Source of the DNA: Eledone cirrhosa
Lineage: Eukaryota
Length of the DNA: 64,000 nucleotides
NCBI GenBank assembly: GCA_964016885.1
Contig: OZ024748.1
Span: 4,216,001 to 4,280,000, forward strand
Reading direction: 5' to 3'
Part shown: positions 59,863-64,000 of the stretch, piece after piece
Layout: each line of letters opens with the position of its first letter
How positions within the stretch are numbered: position 1 is the stretch's first letter
The notes under the pieces: generated by a model
Database searches by the model: none
What the model was told of the DNA's origin: nothing
What the model saw: only the letters and a program-made list of their open reading frames with translations
Position numbers and translations under genes: made by a program

Positions 59863-61234
59863 TACCTTTTTTCCTCGTCCCTGTGTCGCAAGTTGAGATG
59901 GACGCTGCAGTTCCTTCTTTAACTACAACATGCATTTAAAGGTTATTTTCCCAGCAAAAAGCAGGGGTTAGCCTTTCGAGTCTTCATGACAGACTTCATA
60001 TTAAGTATGTGGTATATTTTAAGGCAATGATTTACTGCCGGCTGCCCTTACTAATGCCAATTAGTCGGGTCTTACAACATGAAGGGATATAATGTACCTA
60101 TTCTAAACCAGATAAACACAATGTGTATATTTTTTCAGATTAAAGGGTAAACAAAAATCGTATTATAGAACATGAGCCAGAATTCGAAAAATACGAAAAT
60201 AAAAAAATCAACACAGGAGAAAGATGGTTGGACAGTGTTTCAATTCTCCCCCCCCCCCCCCCCAATAAAATTCAACAGAATATCTGAAAATATTTTGATT
60301 GCTTTTCAAATCACCTTTAGTTTTTTTCTAATTGGCATTTTGGGGAAAATCATGTTATTTATAGTAATTTAGAATGAAAAATAAAAAGTTATAAAATTTA
60401 TGTTTATTCATAACCAAAATTTAATAAACAATACTTCTGACACGATTTTCTTGTGTACTCAAAGAAAAACAACGGGGAAAAACAGACAATTATTTTTAAT
60501 CATACTGTCAAAAAGTTTATATTTTTTCAATAAAGCAAGCTTTAATCTGTAGTTGGTACAAATAAAGATTCTTTGTTTTTTTGAAAAAGAAATTCTTGAA
60601 TTCAGTTTTGCTTTAATGATCTGTCATATATTCAATAGAAGGTTCATATTTTCAGACAACGAGGGCCAGATATTAAACAAAGAAAATAACGGAAAAAATA
60701 ATAATAATAATAAAATGAATAATAAAGAAAAAACAACAAAACAAAGGTAGTGAAAATAACAAAACAACTTCATTTCATGATATTCTGAAAAAAATTGTTT
60801 CGACTAATCTGGTAGAGTGAACAGTACCATGAGAATATTGGTATAGTGCCAAATTGGGGTATGAGGCTGAGATATTCGATAGAGGGTCAGGGGCCAGGCT
60901 GCAGCAATTAAAGTCTCACAAATGTAACATAGCGACTTGTAAAGACATTCGATTAATTGAGATTATCCTTGCAATGAGGAGACTGAACCTCCCTTTAGGA
61001 GATGTTTGAAATCTGAAAACAGGAACCACAGCCGTAACTGCCTTCTTGAAAGGGGACAAATATTGCTTTATGTCTAAAGGAAATATTTTATACATCCGGT
61101 GTCGGTCAGCTATGTTTTTCTTTTCGCGTGTGTTTCTGTTTTCAGTAACTATAATGTCTTGATTCATCATGGGACTTTTATAACATTGACTCAGCATAGA
61201 TATATCCAGAGACTTAACAATAGTGACTCTAGAT

Positions 61235-61500
61235 ATCGCTGGAGAGATTTTATGGGCAAAACCAACCGGCAGGACACCTAGGGGTAGACCCCGAGCAAGA
61301 TGGTTGGGTAACATCCATGAGTTTGGCTGGTCTCGCTTGGGAAATCCAGCCACATCAGTTGGAAACGGTTGCTGCTGACAGGACCTGATCGAAGTAGTGT
61401 TTGAGGACTCTACCCCTACGACCCTCTCAGCAACAAGTGGGAGAAGAAGAAGAAGAAGAAGAAGAAGAAGAAGAAGAAGAAGAAGAAGAAGAAGAAGAAG
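61235..61500 (+). mobile_element. RTE LINE 3' end (decayed ORF C-terminus + (GAA)n tail)
   Basis: WAKPTGRTPRGRPRARWLGNIHEFGWSRLG..VAADR..LPLRP matches the RTE C-terminal RPRGRPRxRW motif. Confidence 0.8.
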
Positions 61501-62471
61501 AAAACTCCGGATATGCTGGGGAGTAATAATCTTGTAGGAATTCGAACATAGAGAGCAGAGATCTTCAACAAATACACGCTAAGCATTTTTAAGTTTATCA
61601 TTTTACCACCTTGATATACAGGGTGTCCCCCCAAAATGTATACACACTTCAACAACATTCTAATAAATATTGTATTATTAGCCGAGGTTAGCTTTACCTT
61701 CCATCATTACGGGGTCGATAAAATAAAGTACCAGAAATGTACTGGGGTTGATTTAATTGACTTTCCCCTCCTCTTCAAGTTGCTGGCGTTGTGACTAAAG
61801 TAGAAACAATTATTAGTGTGCATACCACAGGTAAGAAAAAAAACACACCTCTAAAATGAACCATCCTGGGATTTGAACACAGAACATAACAATATATCCC
61901 ACAAAATACGGTAAAGAATATAAACAGAAATTTTGGGTTTTCGATTCGTTTGGCTCACATTTACAGTAAATAATAACATCTGTGAAACCCCTTCTAACAC
62001 CCACCTAATTTTTTCCTTACATTACAAGTGAGGACCCCCTGTTGGCACACAAGATTACAGAGAAACAAACACCATAACATCCCTTAAAATGGAACCTATT
62101 TGTTGTTTTGTTTAAGTGTACGAATTTCTTTTCCTACTAGGAAAATATAAAAGACTGCGAGTGAGAGGTGTCCACCATTTCAACCAAGCGAAAGAATAAG
62201 CAATTTTCCATCCACCTTTATTATATTATCAGTGTTTCTCAGACTCTCTCTCTCTCCCTTTCTCTCTCTCTCTCTCACTCTCTCCCTCTTTCTCTCTCTC
62301 TCCCTTTCTTTCTCCCCCCCCCCTCTCTCTCCCTTTCTCTCTCTCTCTCTCTCTCTCCCCTTTCTCTGTTCTTTTTTTTGTATATACATACATATACGCA
62401 CACATATATATACATACACACACACAAACATACACATATATATATATATATATAAATATATGTATATATAA

Positions 62472-62556
<85 letters not shown>

Positions 62557-62565
62557 TATATATAA

Positions 62566-62604
<39 letters not shown>

Positions 62605-62809
62605 TGTGTGTATGTATGTATATATATATATAATCGTTTTTAGCCGCCGTTACAAACGATTTACTGAATCCGGTAAGCTTATAAAACAAGATCTAAGATA
62701 AATTTGATATTGGTATAATTAGAGTTTTTAAATTAGAAGTCTCGCTGTGAAAACATAAATTATAAACAAGGATTAATTTTGAATATTTCACAGCTTCTTG
62801 GAACGAAAT

Positions 62810-63724
<915 letters not shown>

Positions 63725-63905
63725 GCATTATAGGATTATTGTATTAGTATTAAGATTGAAATATGGATTACGAATATGAAACACAGATGTATGAACGTAA
63801 CACGTAAAGTTACATGCATAGTTGCATGTATGTATACATGCATACATATATACACACATACATGCGTTTATAAAGATTTACGCAAAAATATGTAAATGCA
63901 TATAA

Positions 63906-63942
<37 letters not shown>

Positions 63943-64000
63943 AACGTAAAAAAATATATGTACATGTGTGTGTATGTGCGTGAGGTGTTGTGAGTGTGTG

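Overview
Eukaryotic, AT-rich, microsatellite-saturated DNA with one 200-N gap (14393-14592). The repeat families suggest an octopus/coleoid genome (inference). No host gene can be established, and almost all ORFs in the track are translations of simple repeats. Identifiable content: about 25 copies/fragments of a tRNA-headed SINE, RTE LINE 3' fragments, a decayed mariner transposase, Tc1/pogo/hAT MITEs and several minisatellites. The main signal: many short 'unique' islands between (TA)n tracts are non-coding Penelope-like (pLTR/retrozyme-type) elements of at least 8 sequence families. They carry type I hammerhead ribozymes (HHR) that I folded by eye, with covarying stems and non-canonical core variants. 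They are often arranged as fold-back palindromes, and most families share a small downstream ACTC...GAGT hairpin. All structures were read manually and need computational and biochemical confirmation.
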